From Bdellovibrionales bacterium (GTDB taxonomy: Bacteria; Bdellovibrionota; Bdellovibrionia; Bdellovibrionales; UBA1609): a stretch of 64,000 bases of DNA. This document shows positions 19,923 to 29,064 of this stretch, one piece after another. Below the pieces are notes generated by a model, which was not told the DNA's origin, searched no databases, and was given only the letters and a program-made list of their open reading frames with translations. Numbering within the stretch: the stretch's first letter is position 1; each line of letters starts with the position of its first letter. The DNA is taken from NCBI GenBank assembly GCA_965199825.1, contig OZ241329.1, positions 1,856,001-1,920,000 of the forward strand, in the 5' to 3' direction. Position numbers and translations under genes: made by a program.

Positions 19923-21491
19923 TTGAAGTTGGTTTTTTTGGTGGCCGTTGCATTCGCAATGCTGACGTGCACACGAACAACTCATGTGGTGCTCGATGAG
20001 TCCCGCACCTTAAGATTCAATGCCAATGTTGAGCCCCCCACTCTCGATTGGACCAAGTGCATTGATGTCGCCTCTGCTCTCATCATCCATAATATGATGG
20101 ATGGGCTTTTGAAATTTGATTTCTCAAAACCACAAATTGGAGTCCTACCTGGCCTTGCCGAATCATGGTCAAGTCCTGATGGACGTGTTTGGACCTTTCG
20201 TCTCAAAAAAAATATTATGTGGTCTGACAATGTTCTTCTGACACCACAGCATGTGCTCGATGGTTTTGAAAGGCTGCTCAATCCAAAGACAGCGGCTCCT
20301 TATGCTTACACACTTTATGATGTCAAAAATGCCAAAGCTTTTAACGTCGGGACTCTCAAAGATTTTTCCAAAGTGGGCGTGCGCATATTAGGGCAGGATT
20401 TGATTGTCGAACTCGAGCATCCCAAAAGTTATTTTCCGATGATGATGACGCACACATCCACCTATCCGGTAAGAAAAGATCTGATCAACAAATACGGTGA
20501 GCGATGGACTGATCCCGAACACATCGCGGTCTTAGGACCTTTTAAATTAAAAACCTGGGAGCATGACAACAGCATTTTGCTTGAGCGAAACCGCACTTAC
20601 TACGGCACAAAACCAAAACTCGAAAATATCTTATTTTATCTGATTAACGACAGTGCAACCGCGATCAATCTGTTTGATGTGGGAAAGCTTGATGGTCTTT
20701 ACCGTTTGCAATCTCGAGATGTGCTGACCTTAAAGAAAAAAAAAGAATACAAGCACGGCGGCCTGCTTAATATTTTGTATTACGGATTTAATGTCAAAGT
20801 CGTGCCTACGAATAATCTTAAAGTTCGTCGGGCGATTGCTATGAGTATCAATAAAAAACAAATCACCGATATGCTCGCCAATGGAGATATTCCGATGACG
20901 AGTTGGCTTCCACCTGGCATGCCTGGATACGAGCCCGAGGTCGGCCTAAAGTTTGACCCGGTTCAAGCCAAAGCCTTATTGGATGAGGCGGGATACAAAG
21001 ATCGCACTCAATTTCCAAAACTTTATTTAAGCTTTAATACCAATGAGGATCATCAGCGAGTGGCTGAGAATATTCAGTCGCAGCTCAAAGAAAATTTGAA
21101 TATCGAAGTCGAATTAAAAAATGAAGAATGGAAAACATATCTCAGTGGGCTAAAACACAATGCCACGCCACTTTTTCGGATGGGATGGCAGGGAGATTTT
21201 CCAGATCCCGATAATTTTTTAACTAGTCTGCTTTCTTATTCCGAAAACAATATGATGGGATGGGTGAACGTTGAGTTTGATCGTTTGATCGAATCGGCCG
21301 CAGTCGAGAGGGACCCTCAGTCTCGACTTGAACTCTATAGAAAAGCCCAAAAAATATTAACCGAGCAAGATGTGGCTCTCATTCCACTTTATTCCCAATC
21401 GGGACAATACTTGGTCAGTGAGCGGGTTAAAAACTTTCCGATCAATGCCATCGAAAATTTAAGATTTGATCAGGTTGAGTTGACCAAATGA
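19923..21491 (+). CDS. oppA: Oligopeptide ABC transporter substrate-binding lipoprotein
   Basis: EPPTLD, PGLAESW, RLLNPKTAAPYA, MGWQGDFPDPDNFL; likely TTG start at 19923 with lipobox. Confidence 0.9.
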   Translation: MKLVFLVAVAFAMLTCTRTTHVVLDESRTLRFNANVEPPTLDWTKCIDVASALIIHNMMDGLLKFDFSKPQIGVLPGLAESWSSPDGRVWTFRLKKNIMWSDNVLLTPQHVLDGFERLLNPKTAAPYAYTLYDVKNAKAFNVGTLKDFSKVGVRILGQDLIVELEHPKSYFPMMMTHTSTYPVRKDLINKYGERWTDPEHIAVLGPFKLKTWEHDNSILLERNRTYYGTKPKLENILFYLINDSATAINLFDVGKLDGLYRLQSRDVLTLKKKKEYKHGGLLNILYYGFNVKVVPTNNLKVRRAIAMSINKKQITDMLANGDIPMTSWLPPGMPGYEPEVGLKFDPVQAKALLDEAGYKDRTQFPKLYLSFNTNEDHQRVAENIQSQLKENLNIEVELKNEEWKTYLSGLKHNATPLFRMGWQGDFPDPDNFLTSLLSYSENNMMGWVNVEFDRLIESAAVERDPQSRLELYRKAQKILTEQDVALIPLYSQSGQYLVSERVKNFPINAIENLRFDQVELTK

Positions 21492-22543
21492 TTTTAGCGT
21501 TAAGCGTAAGTTGGATTTTATGTATTGTGATGCAGTTTTTCAATGTGCCTTTTCCGTTGATCTGGTGGTGGATCAATTTTGGTCTTAGTTTTTTGGGATT
21601 TTTGTATGTGTGCTTTCAACGGGGACTTGGACTTTATCTTTTTAAACGAACGATTGGCGCTCTTGTCGCGATTGCGGTGATTGCCACAATAACATTTTTG
21701 TTATTACGAATTATCCCTGGCGGGCCGTTTGATACCGATAAGGCTCTCCCACCAGAGATCAAGGCGAGTATCGAATCCCATTACCATCTTGATTTGCCTA
21801 TCTATAAACAATATTTGATTTATATCACCGGTTTGCTCCACGGAGATTTAGGCGAGAGTTATAAATATATTGGCCGCAATGTTTCAGAAATTATAGCAGA
21901 GACCTTGCCCATCTCGTTAGAGCTTGGAATTTATTCGCTGCTATTATCTTTTTCGATTGGCATTCCGCTGGGGCTTCTGGCGGCGGCGAAACATAATACT
22001 TTTACCGATCATCTGTTGATGACCTTTGCCATTTGTGGAGTGAGTCTCCCTAGTTTTTTGGTCGCACCCTTATTGATTTTGTTTTTTTGCTTTTTTCTCC
22101 ACTGGTTTGAGCCCGCATTGTGGGAGGGGCCAACCTCATATGTGTTACCGGTAGTGGTACTCGCCACGCGATCGATGGCCTTGGTGGCAAGACTCACACG
22201 TTCAACTGTGCTCGACGTGATTCGCGCAGATTATATCCGAACCGCGCGTTCAAAGGGTTTATCTGAATTTCAAATTTTATTTAAACATGTTTTAAAAAAT
22301 TCGATTTTGCCCGTGCTCACTTATAGCGGACCACTGGCCGCGGAAATATTATCGGGTGCCTTTGTGGTTGAGCAGATTTTTGCAATTCCGGGCCTTGGTA
22401 AACACATGGTGCTTTCTGTGAGCAATCGAGATTATCCGATGGTGCTCGCCACAACCCTTTTATTTTCGGTGATGCTGATCACCGCAAATCTAATAGTGGA
22501 TTTGCTCTACTCTTATTTTGATCCGCGGATTGAACTTCAATGA
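21488..22543 (+). CDS. oppB: Oligopeptide ABC permease
   Basis: PGGPF, GDLGESY, DYIRTARSKGL, NRDYP, DPRI. Confidence 0.92.
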   Translation: MILALSVSWILCIVMQFFNVPFPLIWWWINFGLSFLGFLYVCFQRGLGLYLFKRTIGALVAIAVIATITFLLLRIIPGGPFDTDKALPPEIKASIESHYHLDLPIYKQYLIYITGLLHGDLGESYKYIGRNVSEIIAETLPISLELGIYSLLLSFSIGIPLGLLAAAKHNTFTDHLLMTFAICGVSLPSFLVAPLLILFFCFFLHWFEPALWEGPTSYVLPVVVLATRSMALVARLTRSTVLDVIRADYIRTARSKGLSEFQILFKHVLKNSILPVLTYSGPLAAEILSGAFVVEQIFAIPGLGKHMVLSVSNRDYPMVLATTLLFSVMLITANLIVDLLYSYFDPRIELQ

Positions 22544-23397
22544 ATGATCCAGTTTTGAGATTTAAAAAAAATAGGCTTGCTGTTTTTTGTTTGAGCTATG
22601 TGGTGTTGATGTGTCTGATCGCCCTGTTTGCTCCGCTCTTGTCGCCCTATCCATTTGATCTTCAAAATATGGGCGAGATTTTATCTTCTCCCAATTCAAA
22701 ACATTGGCTGGGCACCGATGCCTTAGGCCGAGATATGCTGTCGCGTTTGATTTATGGCGCGCGGATGTCGATGTCTGTGGGTGTGATGACCGCCTTTCTT
22801 TCACTCCTTATCGGAACAACTTACGGGGCTTTGGCAGGCTGGTCGGGCGGGTTTATAGACAATGTGATGATGAGAATTTTGGATATTTTGATTTCAATCC
22901 CAACCCTCGTACTTTTGATCCTGGTTAAAATATTTTTTGATGCCTCAAACCTCATTCAAAATGCAGAACTCAAAGCCCTCTCAGGAATTTTACTCGCCCT
23001 TTCACTTGTGAGTTGGGTGACTTTGGCTCGTGTGGTGCGGGGTCAAGTGCTTCAAGTTAAACAAATGGCGTTTATCGAGGCTGCTCGAGCGCTCGGTGCG
23101 AGTTCTTTAACTATTGTTCTTAAACATATTTTGCCCAATATTTTAGGTCCAATGATTGTGCTTTTAACATTTCAAATTCCGGCAAATATTTTGTTTGAAA
23201 GTTTTTTGAGTTTTATCGGACTTGGGCTTCAACCCCCATATTCGAGTTGGGGAGTGCTTGCTAACGAAGGTTGGCGCAGTTTGCGCTCTTATCCTCACCT
23301 GATGATCTCTCCAGGACTTGCGCTATTTTTTGCGATGCTCGCTTTTAATTTTTTGGGCGATGGGTTGCGCGATGCCTTTGATGCTAAGATGAAGTGA
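22540..23397 (+). CDS. oppC: Oligopeptide ABC permease
   Basis: HWLGTDALGRD, FIEAARALGAS, ESFLSFIGLG, GDGLRDAFD. Confidence 0.92.
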   Translation: MNDPVLRFKKNRLAVFCLSYVVLMCLIALFAPLLSPYPFDLQNMGEILSSPNSKHWLGTDALGRDMLSRLIYGARMSMSVGVMTAFLSLLIGTTYGALAGWSGGFIDNVMMRILDILISIPTLVLLILVKIFFDASNLIQNAELKALSGILLALSLVSWVTLARVVRGQVLQVKQMAFIEAARALGASSLTIVLKHILPNILGPMIVLLTFQIPANILFESFLSFIGLGLQPPYSSWGVLANEGWRSLRSYPHLMISPGLALFFAMLAFNFLGDGLRDAFDAKMK

Positions 23398-24370
23398 GCA
23401 ATTCTTTTTGCAGTGCAAACGATAGCAAAAAAGGATCTTTGATTTGGCGTTCACCAAAATCTTCTTTTGATTTTATTCCTTTCCATCGCTGCTCAATCAA
23501 AACTTGGGCGGTCGCACCACCGAGGCTTGAACCTGGCCCCAGCATCACCAAATGATCGGGTGCAAATTCTTTAACCGCAACCTCGATCGCCTTTGAGTAA
23601 TTGTAAACTTCAACCACCTGGTGGCCAAAGGTGTACTCATAAAGATCTTGTGCTTCGGTTGAAAAGGGCTGCCAAATTTTTCCGCGTCCATCGATCAAAG
23701 GAATCTTTGGTGGAGTAAATAAATCTTGATTTAGAGTCTCAAAAGCTCTTTGAGATATGGGCGCCATCAATGGGGTGTGAAAGGCCGCGTGATTGATCAG
23801 TTGAAATGGAAATCGATCGCGACGTGGCAGCCGCTTTAAAACTTCGCTCACCGATTCGCAACCAAAAACCAAATAGCCACCAAGTTTGATCGATAGAAAT
23901 GTGTTTGGAATATCAAGTGCACTCAAGGCTTCTGCGTGGAGTGGGGGCGAGGGTGTCCAATCGTCATTGCAAATTTGGGTGATCACTTGCGAGCCTAAGA
24001 GTTTTTCTTTCATCATCGCGCCCATGGTTTGGATCACCTCAAAACCATTTTCGAAACTCACAGCTCCGGCTAGAGCTAAAGCGGTGTACCAGCCCATTGA
24101 ATTTCCGGTGATCGCCACGATCTCAAAATTTTTTAATTTTTTAAAATCTTGGACCGAGCTTGCATAAATTAAGGGCGATGCATGTTCACCCTTGGTGTGG
24201 AGCGAGTTTTGAAATGACGAAGCCTGATCCATTTCGCTTAAAGTTGGAAAACCAAGTTCACTGCGGCGTTGATCACAGTACTCAAGGAGACTTGAAGTCT
24301 CGAGCTGACCCATTGTTTCTTTGGTGTACGTGCCGCGACCAGGACACACCACCACCACTCGTTTTTTCAT
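23384..24370 (-). CDS. FabD-like (ACP S-malonyltransferase fold) acyltransferase
   Basis: CPGRG, GNSMG nucleophile motif, HAAFHTPLM, LGPG. Confidence 0.8.
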   Translation of the reverse strand: MKKRVVVVCPGRGTYTKETMGQLETSSLLEYCDQRRSELGFPTLSEMDQASSFQNSLHTKGEHASPLIYASSVQDFKKLKNFEIVAITGNSMGWYTALALAGAVSFENGFEVIQTMGAMMKEKLLGSQVITQICNDDWTPSPPLHAEALSALDIPNTFLSIKLGGYLVFGCESVSEVLKRLPRRDRFPFQLINHAAFHTPLMAPISQRAFETLNQDLFTPPKIPLIDGRGKIWQPFSTEAQDLYEYTFGHQVVEVYNYSKAIEVAVKEFAPDHLVMLGPGSSLGGATAQVLIEQRWKGIKSKEDFGERQIKDPFLLSFALQKELLTSS

Positions 24371-26526
24371 GACTCAACCAATTCTTTTGCTGCCAGAACA
24401 ATGTCGGATGTTTGTGGCAGACCCGAGACCGCAGCAGCTCCTAATGGAATAAAACAATCAAGGCCTGCCAAGACTTGTATGCGCGGTGGATTTTTTATTT
24501 TCTCGATGATCATTGCAACCAGTCCCTCGCTCAAAGATCCGGTCTGACGGCATTCATCCACAATCAAAATCGATTTGTATTTTGAAATTTCCTGAATCAA
24601 TTGCTGTTTAGGTAAAGGATGAAGCCATCGTAAATCCAAGACGGCCGCATCGATTCGATGTTGGTCCTTTAATATTTTTTGGGCTTGCAGCGAGAGATAG
24701 GTTCCATTGCCATAAGTTAAAATCAAAATAGAATCGGTCTCGCCATAAACACGAAATTCTACAAGGCGAATTTCGCCACTCAGCGGAAAACTAAAAGACC
24801 ACGCCTTATCTCCAGAGCGATGAAGGTCGCGTGTCATGTAAAGAGCGATCGGTTCGATAAAAACAATCACTCGGCCTTTTTCCCAAGCAAGCTCAGCGCA
24901 CGCGCGAAGCATTTGGACCGCATCGTCTCCTCGCGAGGGAACCGCAACAATGATTCCCGGTATATCGCGAAACACACTGAGCGAATTGTCGTTGTGAAAA
25001 TGACCACCAAAACCTTTTTGATAGGGCAATCCGGCGATTCGTAAGATCATCGGATTCACAAACTGACCTTTAGAAAAAAAAGCGAGGGTCGCAGCCTCAC
25101 CACGAATTTGATCTTCGGCATTATGGACATAAGCCAAAAACTGAATTTCTGGAATCGGCAAAAATCCATTGTGGGCTAAACCAATCGCTGTTCCCAAAAT
25201 TGACTGCTCATCGAGTGGAGAATTAAAAACCCGACGTGCCCCAAATTTTTTGTAAAGCCCATCGGTCACATTGTAAACGCCGCCTTTTTGGGCCACGTCT
25301 TCACCAAAGATCAAGCTTTGAGGATAGCGATCAAGAATTTCTGCTAAACCAAAATTTATTAATTTCGCCATATGAAGTGGCGCATGGGGCACTTCAAGGG
25401 ATTTAAAGTCAGGCGACTTTCTTGGGAAAGCACAAGCAGTGATGGTGCTTGCAACATCCATCGGATCATCCAGTGGTTCGCGCGTGAGGGCCTCGTGTGC
25501 GACCGCAATCACTCGAGCACGCACCGACTGATAAAGATCAATGATTTGGGTTTGTGATAAAAAGTTCTGTTCGACACAAATTCTGGCCGAATGGAGAAGC
25601 GGATCTTGAAATTCATTTTCTTCCATCTGCTTTAAACTCAAATAGTTTGTTTCCATATCCGAGCCGGCATGACCCATAAGCCGAACAGTTTTGATATGCA
25701 AAAAAACGGGCTGCTGTTTTTTAACCGCAAGACTGCGAGCCAATACCGATTTTTGATAAACATCAGAGAGATTGAGCCCATCACATTTCAAATAATTAAA
25801 ATGGGGACGCTGAGAAAAATTTTTTTCGATCCAATCCGAACTTGTGGGAACCGAAATCCCGATTCCATTATCCTCACACACAAACACAATCGGTAATCCA
25901 ATTTTTTGATCCGCAATCAGTGATGCGGTATTAAAAGCACCTTGAGCGGTGGAGTGATTGCTCGAAGCATCTCCAAATGAGCACACGACTACACCATCGT
26001 CTGGAATCACGGTGGTTTTAATTTTTAAATATCGGGCGCGTGAAATTGAAAATGCTGTGCCCACGGCCTTTGGCAAGTGAGACGCAATGGTCGACGTCTG
26101 CGGCGGCACGTTGAGTTCAAAACTGCCAAACACCTTGTGCCTGCCACCTGAGATCGGATCTTCGCGTGAAGCCAAAAATGAAAGCCATGTATCATAAAGT
26201 GGTGTGGTGCCAGGCAATTGTTTTGCTCGCTGAAGCATAAAGGCGCCGCTGCGATAATGCAAAAAGGCCATGTCTGTAATTTTAAAAGCTAAGCCAACCG
26301 CGGCGTTGCCCTCGTGACCCGAACTTCCGATGGTGTAGTAACACTTGTTTTCATTTTTTAAGATACGCGCATACAAATCCAGATGCCGTGATTGAATTTG
26401 GGTTTCAAACAAATCAACAAATTCAGTTTTTGTCAGTCCTGAGTATGGGCTTAAGGCCTGAGGAAAGCTTCCTTCGTTCACATGCTTTAAAAAATTCTGA
26501 TCGATCACTTCTGCGCGGTTGAACAT
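24367..26526 (-). CDS. ThDP-dependent 2-oxoacid dehydrogenase E1, fused alpha+beta
   Basis: GDAS...EDN ThDP motif, RLMGHAGSD, FGEDV..GGVY..T, PEIQF, GGHFH. Confidence 0.9.
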   Translation of the reverse strand: MFNRAEVIDQNFLKHVNEGSFPQALSPYSGLTKTEFVDLFETQIQSRHLDLYARILKNENKCYYTIGSSGHEGNAAVGLAFKITDMAFLHYRSGAFMLQRAKQLPGTTPLYDTWLSFLASREDPISGGRHKVFGSFELNVPPQTSTIASHLPKAVGTAFSISRARYLKIKTTVIPDDGVVVCSFGDASSNHSTAQGAFNTASLIADQKIGLPIVFVCEDNGIGISVPTSSDWIEKNFSQRPHFNYLKCDGLNLSDVYQKSVLARSLAVKKQQPVFLHIKTVRLMGHAGSDMETNYLSLKQMEENEFQDPLLHSARICVEQNFLSQTQIIDLYQSVRARVIAVAHEALTREPLDDPMDVASTITACAFPRKSPDFKSLEVPHAPLHMAKLINFGLAEILDRYPQSLIFGEDVAQKGGVYNVTDGLYKKFGARRVFNSPLDEQSILGTAIGLAHNGFLPIPEIQFLAYVHNAEDQIRGEAATLAFFSKGQFVNPMILRIAGLPYQKGFGGHFHNDNSLSVFRDIPGIIVAVPSRGDDAVQMLRACAELAWEKGRVIVFIEPIALYMTRDLHRSGDKAWSFSFPLSGEIRLVEFRVYGETDSILILTYGNGTYLSLQAQKILKDQHRIDAAVLDLRWLHPLPKQQLIQEISKYKSILIVDECRQTGSLSEGLVAMIIEKIKNPPRIQVLAGLDCFIPLGAAAVSGLPQTSDIVLAAKELVES

Positions 26527-26585
26527 AGATTAAAGAATGTTCTGGTGCGCTTGACCGAAAGGCAACAAAAAGGTGTGATAAAGAT

Positions 26586-27752
26586 ATGAGTCAATATGAG
26601 CATTTGAATTTTATGAATGAAGATATTCTTTTTAGCGAAGAAGAATTAATGATCCGCCAAACCGTCAGAGACTTCGTCACAAAAGAAGTTTTGCCAGTGC
26701 TTCAAGAAAGTCATCGCAAAGAGCATTTTCCATCACAGCTGATTCCGCGATTTGCCGAGATGGGTTTACTCGGATCGACCATCCAAGGTTATGGTTGTGC
26801 AGGATTAAACCATGTGGCTTATGGATTGGTGATTCAAGAGTTAGAGCGCGCCGACTCGGGCATTCGTTCCTTTTGTTCGGTTCAAGGCTCGCTTGTGATG
26901 TATCCCATTTATGCTTACGGATCCGATAAACAAAAAGAGAAGTACTTGCCCCAACTCGCTTCTGGAAAAATGATTGGATGTTTTGGCTTAACCGAACCTG
27001 ATGCCGGATCAAATCCTGGTGGCATGCTGACCAAGGCCGAAAAAGTAAAGGGTGGGTATCGCCTCAACGGAAATAAAATGTGGATCACCAATGGCTCAGT
27101 TGCCGATATCGCAATTGTTTGGGCAAAGCTTGAGGGCCGCGTGCGTGGATTTATTGTTGAAAAAGGCACAGAAGGTTTTTCGACAACACTCACAAAAGGA
27201 AAATTCTCACTTCGTGTCAGTGTGACAAGTGAACTTCATCTCAAAGATTGCATCGTGCCCGAAGAAAATATGTTGCCCAATTGCGATGGCCTCAAAGGCC
27301 CGCTCGGATGTTTGTCGCAAGCGCGATACGGTATTGCGTGGGGTGTGGTGGGTGCTGCAAACGCCTGTTATTTTGAAGCTCTCAATTACGCAAAAAATCG
27401 GGTGATCTTTGATAAGCCTTTGGCAGGATATCAGTTAGCTCAAGCGAAGTTAGTCAAGATGGTGCAAGAGATCACAAAAGGTCAGCTGCTGGCTTTGCAA
27501 ATGGGACGACTCAAAGAAAAAGGCGAACTCCAGCCTCATCATATTTCGCTCGTAAAAATGAACAACTGCCGCATGGCTTTGGATGTGGCTCGCGATGCGA
27601 GAGATCTACTCGGCGCCAATGGAATTATTGATGAGTATCCAATTATTCGTCACATGATCAATCTTGAAACTGTGAATACGTATGAAGGAACCGAAGATGT
27701 TCATCGTTTAGTTGTGGGTGGTGAGATCACGGGCTTACCGGCGTTTCGGTAG
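26586..27752 (+). CDS. gcdH: Acyl-CoA dehydrogenase, glutaryl-CoA dehydrogenase-like
   Basis: ELERADSGIRS, GCFGLTEPDAGSNPGGM, ARYGIAWG, NLETVNTYEGT, C-terminal ITGLPAF. Confidence 0.82.
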   Translation: MSQYEHLNFMNEDILFSEEELMIRQTVRDFVTKEVLPVLQESHRKEHFPSQLIPRFAEMGLLGSTIQGYGCAGLNHVAYGLVIQELERADSGIRSFCSVQGSLVMYPIYAYGSDKQKEKYLPQLASGKMIGCFGLTEPDAGSNPGGMLTKAEKVKGGYRLNGNKMWITNGSVADIAIVWAKLEGRVRGFIVEKGTEGFSTTLTKGKFSLRVSVTSELHLKDCIVPEENMLPNCDGLKGPLGCLSQARYGIAWGVVGAANACYFEALNYAKNRVIFDKPLAGYQLAQAKLVKMVQEITKGQLLALQMGRLKEKGELQPHHISLVKMNNCRMALDVARDARDLLGANGIIDEYPIIRHMINLETVNTYEGTEDVHRLVVGGEITGLPAFR

Positions 27753-27773
27753 GGTGGTGGGTTTTTTTTGTGT

Positions 27774-27863
27774 TGAGTGCGGGTGATCGTGCCCGCGATG
27801 TTTTGGAAGCTTAGGTTAGTGGGCGCGGCTGGGTGAGTGCGGATTCTCGTGCCCGCGATGTTT
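27774..27863. repeat. Two 30-bp direct repeats separated by 30 bp
   Basis: TGAGTGCGGGTGATCGTGCCCGCGATGTTT (27774-27803) and TGAGTGCGGATTCTCGTGCCCGCGATGTTT (27834-27863); internal GCGG(G)...CCCGC palindrome. Confidence 0.85.
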
Positions 27864-28136
27864 GGTTGCGGCTTTTGCTTTTCAATTTCTTACTTAAATA
27901 TCTGCCTTTATTTTTAAAGCAAATAAGAATTTAATTTGACATGTTTTTTTGCCAACTATTTTAGTTTATAGTTCAATTTGAAAGTGCCGACCTCTTTTTC
28001 ACTTTCGATACAGTCACAAGAAGGATTTAAAGCCCAAAAACCCATCAAGATAAAGGCAATATTGAGCGATTCTAACCTGCTCTAAAATTCAGTTTCCAAA
28101 ACCCATGATATCATCTGCTCTAAATAGGAGATATTT

Positions 28137-28964
28137 ATGGATCATTTAAAAATTCATTCTCAAGCAGTCAAGGCCGCGGATTCTCATCGCAAATCTGAAA
28201 TGGAATTGCTCAACGCTTTAGAAGTGGTTTGGAAAAACAAAACGTACTACCAGTTTGGTTGCGCCTCATTGTTTGAATACTCTACGAAACAACTGAAGCT
28301 TTCTGAAGAGATGGCGAGCATCGTAAATAAAATTGCCAAAAAATTTACCGAACTTCCAGAACTTAAATCAGGCATAGAGTCGGGCGAGCTCTCGCTTTCA
28401 AAAGTGAATCGCATCACTTCTGTTGTGAACAAAGACAATGTTCAACATTGGATGGATCTTGCCAAAGGCACCAAACGGAATCTCGAAAAAGAAATTGCGA
28501 AGGTCCAACCTGAAAAGGCCATACCCGAGCGGGCACGATACCAAAAAGCTGGAGATACCCTAAGAATATCGATTTCATTTTCGGTCACTCAAGAAGAATA
28601 CGCAGTGTTTGAACGCACCAGAGATTTGCTGAGCCAAAAATTAAAACGTGCCGCGACCATTGGCGAAGTTCAAGTCGCAGCCATCAACGAGCTCAATCAA
28701 AAACTCGATCCGCTCAGAAAACCGCTTCGCAAAACCCAAGCGGGCACGACAAGATTGACTGTCACGTTGAAGCGTAAAATTCACCATCAACATCACAGTC
28801 AATGCACGTATGTGGATCAAAATGGTCAACGCTGTGGTGAACGTCGCCATCTTGATATCCATCATATTATTCCAAAATCGAAAGGTGGCAGTGACGCCGA
28901 AGAAAATCTCACACTCTTGTGCACCGGGCATCATCGTGCCCACCACAAGAGTAAACATAATTAG
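28137..28964 (+). CDS. HNH endonuclease with helical N-terminal domain
   Basis: C-terminal QCTY..GQRC..LDIHHIIPKSKGGSDAEENLTLLCTGHH; N-terminal YQFGCASLFEY; AGGAG RBS. Confidence 0.9.
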   Translation: MDHLKIHSQAVKAADSHRKSEMELLNALEVVWKNKTYYQFGCASLFEYSTKQLKLSEEMASIVNKIAKKFTELPELKSGIESGELSLSKVNRITSVVNKDNVQHWMDLAKGTKRNLEKEIAKVQPEKAIPERARYQKAGDTLRISISFSVTQEEYAVFERTRDLLSQKLKRAATIGEVQVAAINELNQKLDPLRKPLRKTQAGTTRLTVTLKRKIHHQHHSQCTYVDQNGQRCGERRHLDIHHIIPKSKGGSDAEENLTLLCTGHHRAHHKSKHN

Positions 28965-29064
28965 TTTATTTTGATATAGGGTTTCGATTCCAAGCCTGTG
29001 TTTAATTGGGCAACAGCAAAAACCCCAACAATCAAAACGCATCACACCGCCCAAACCAAATGAC

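Noticed and set aside
27774..27863. Canonical CRISPR array
   Set aside because: Only two imperfect repeats and no cas genes in the window; kept as a repeat finding instead.
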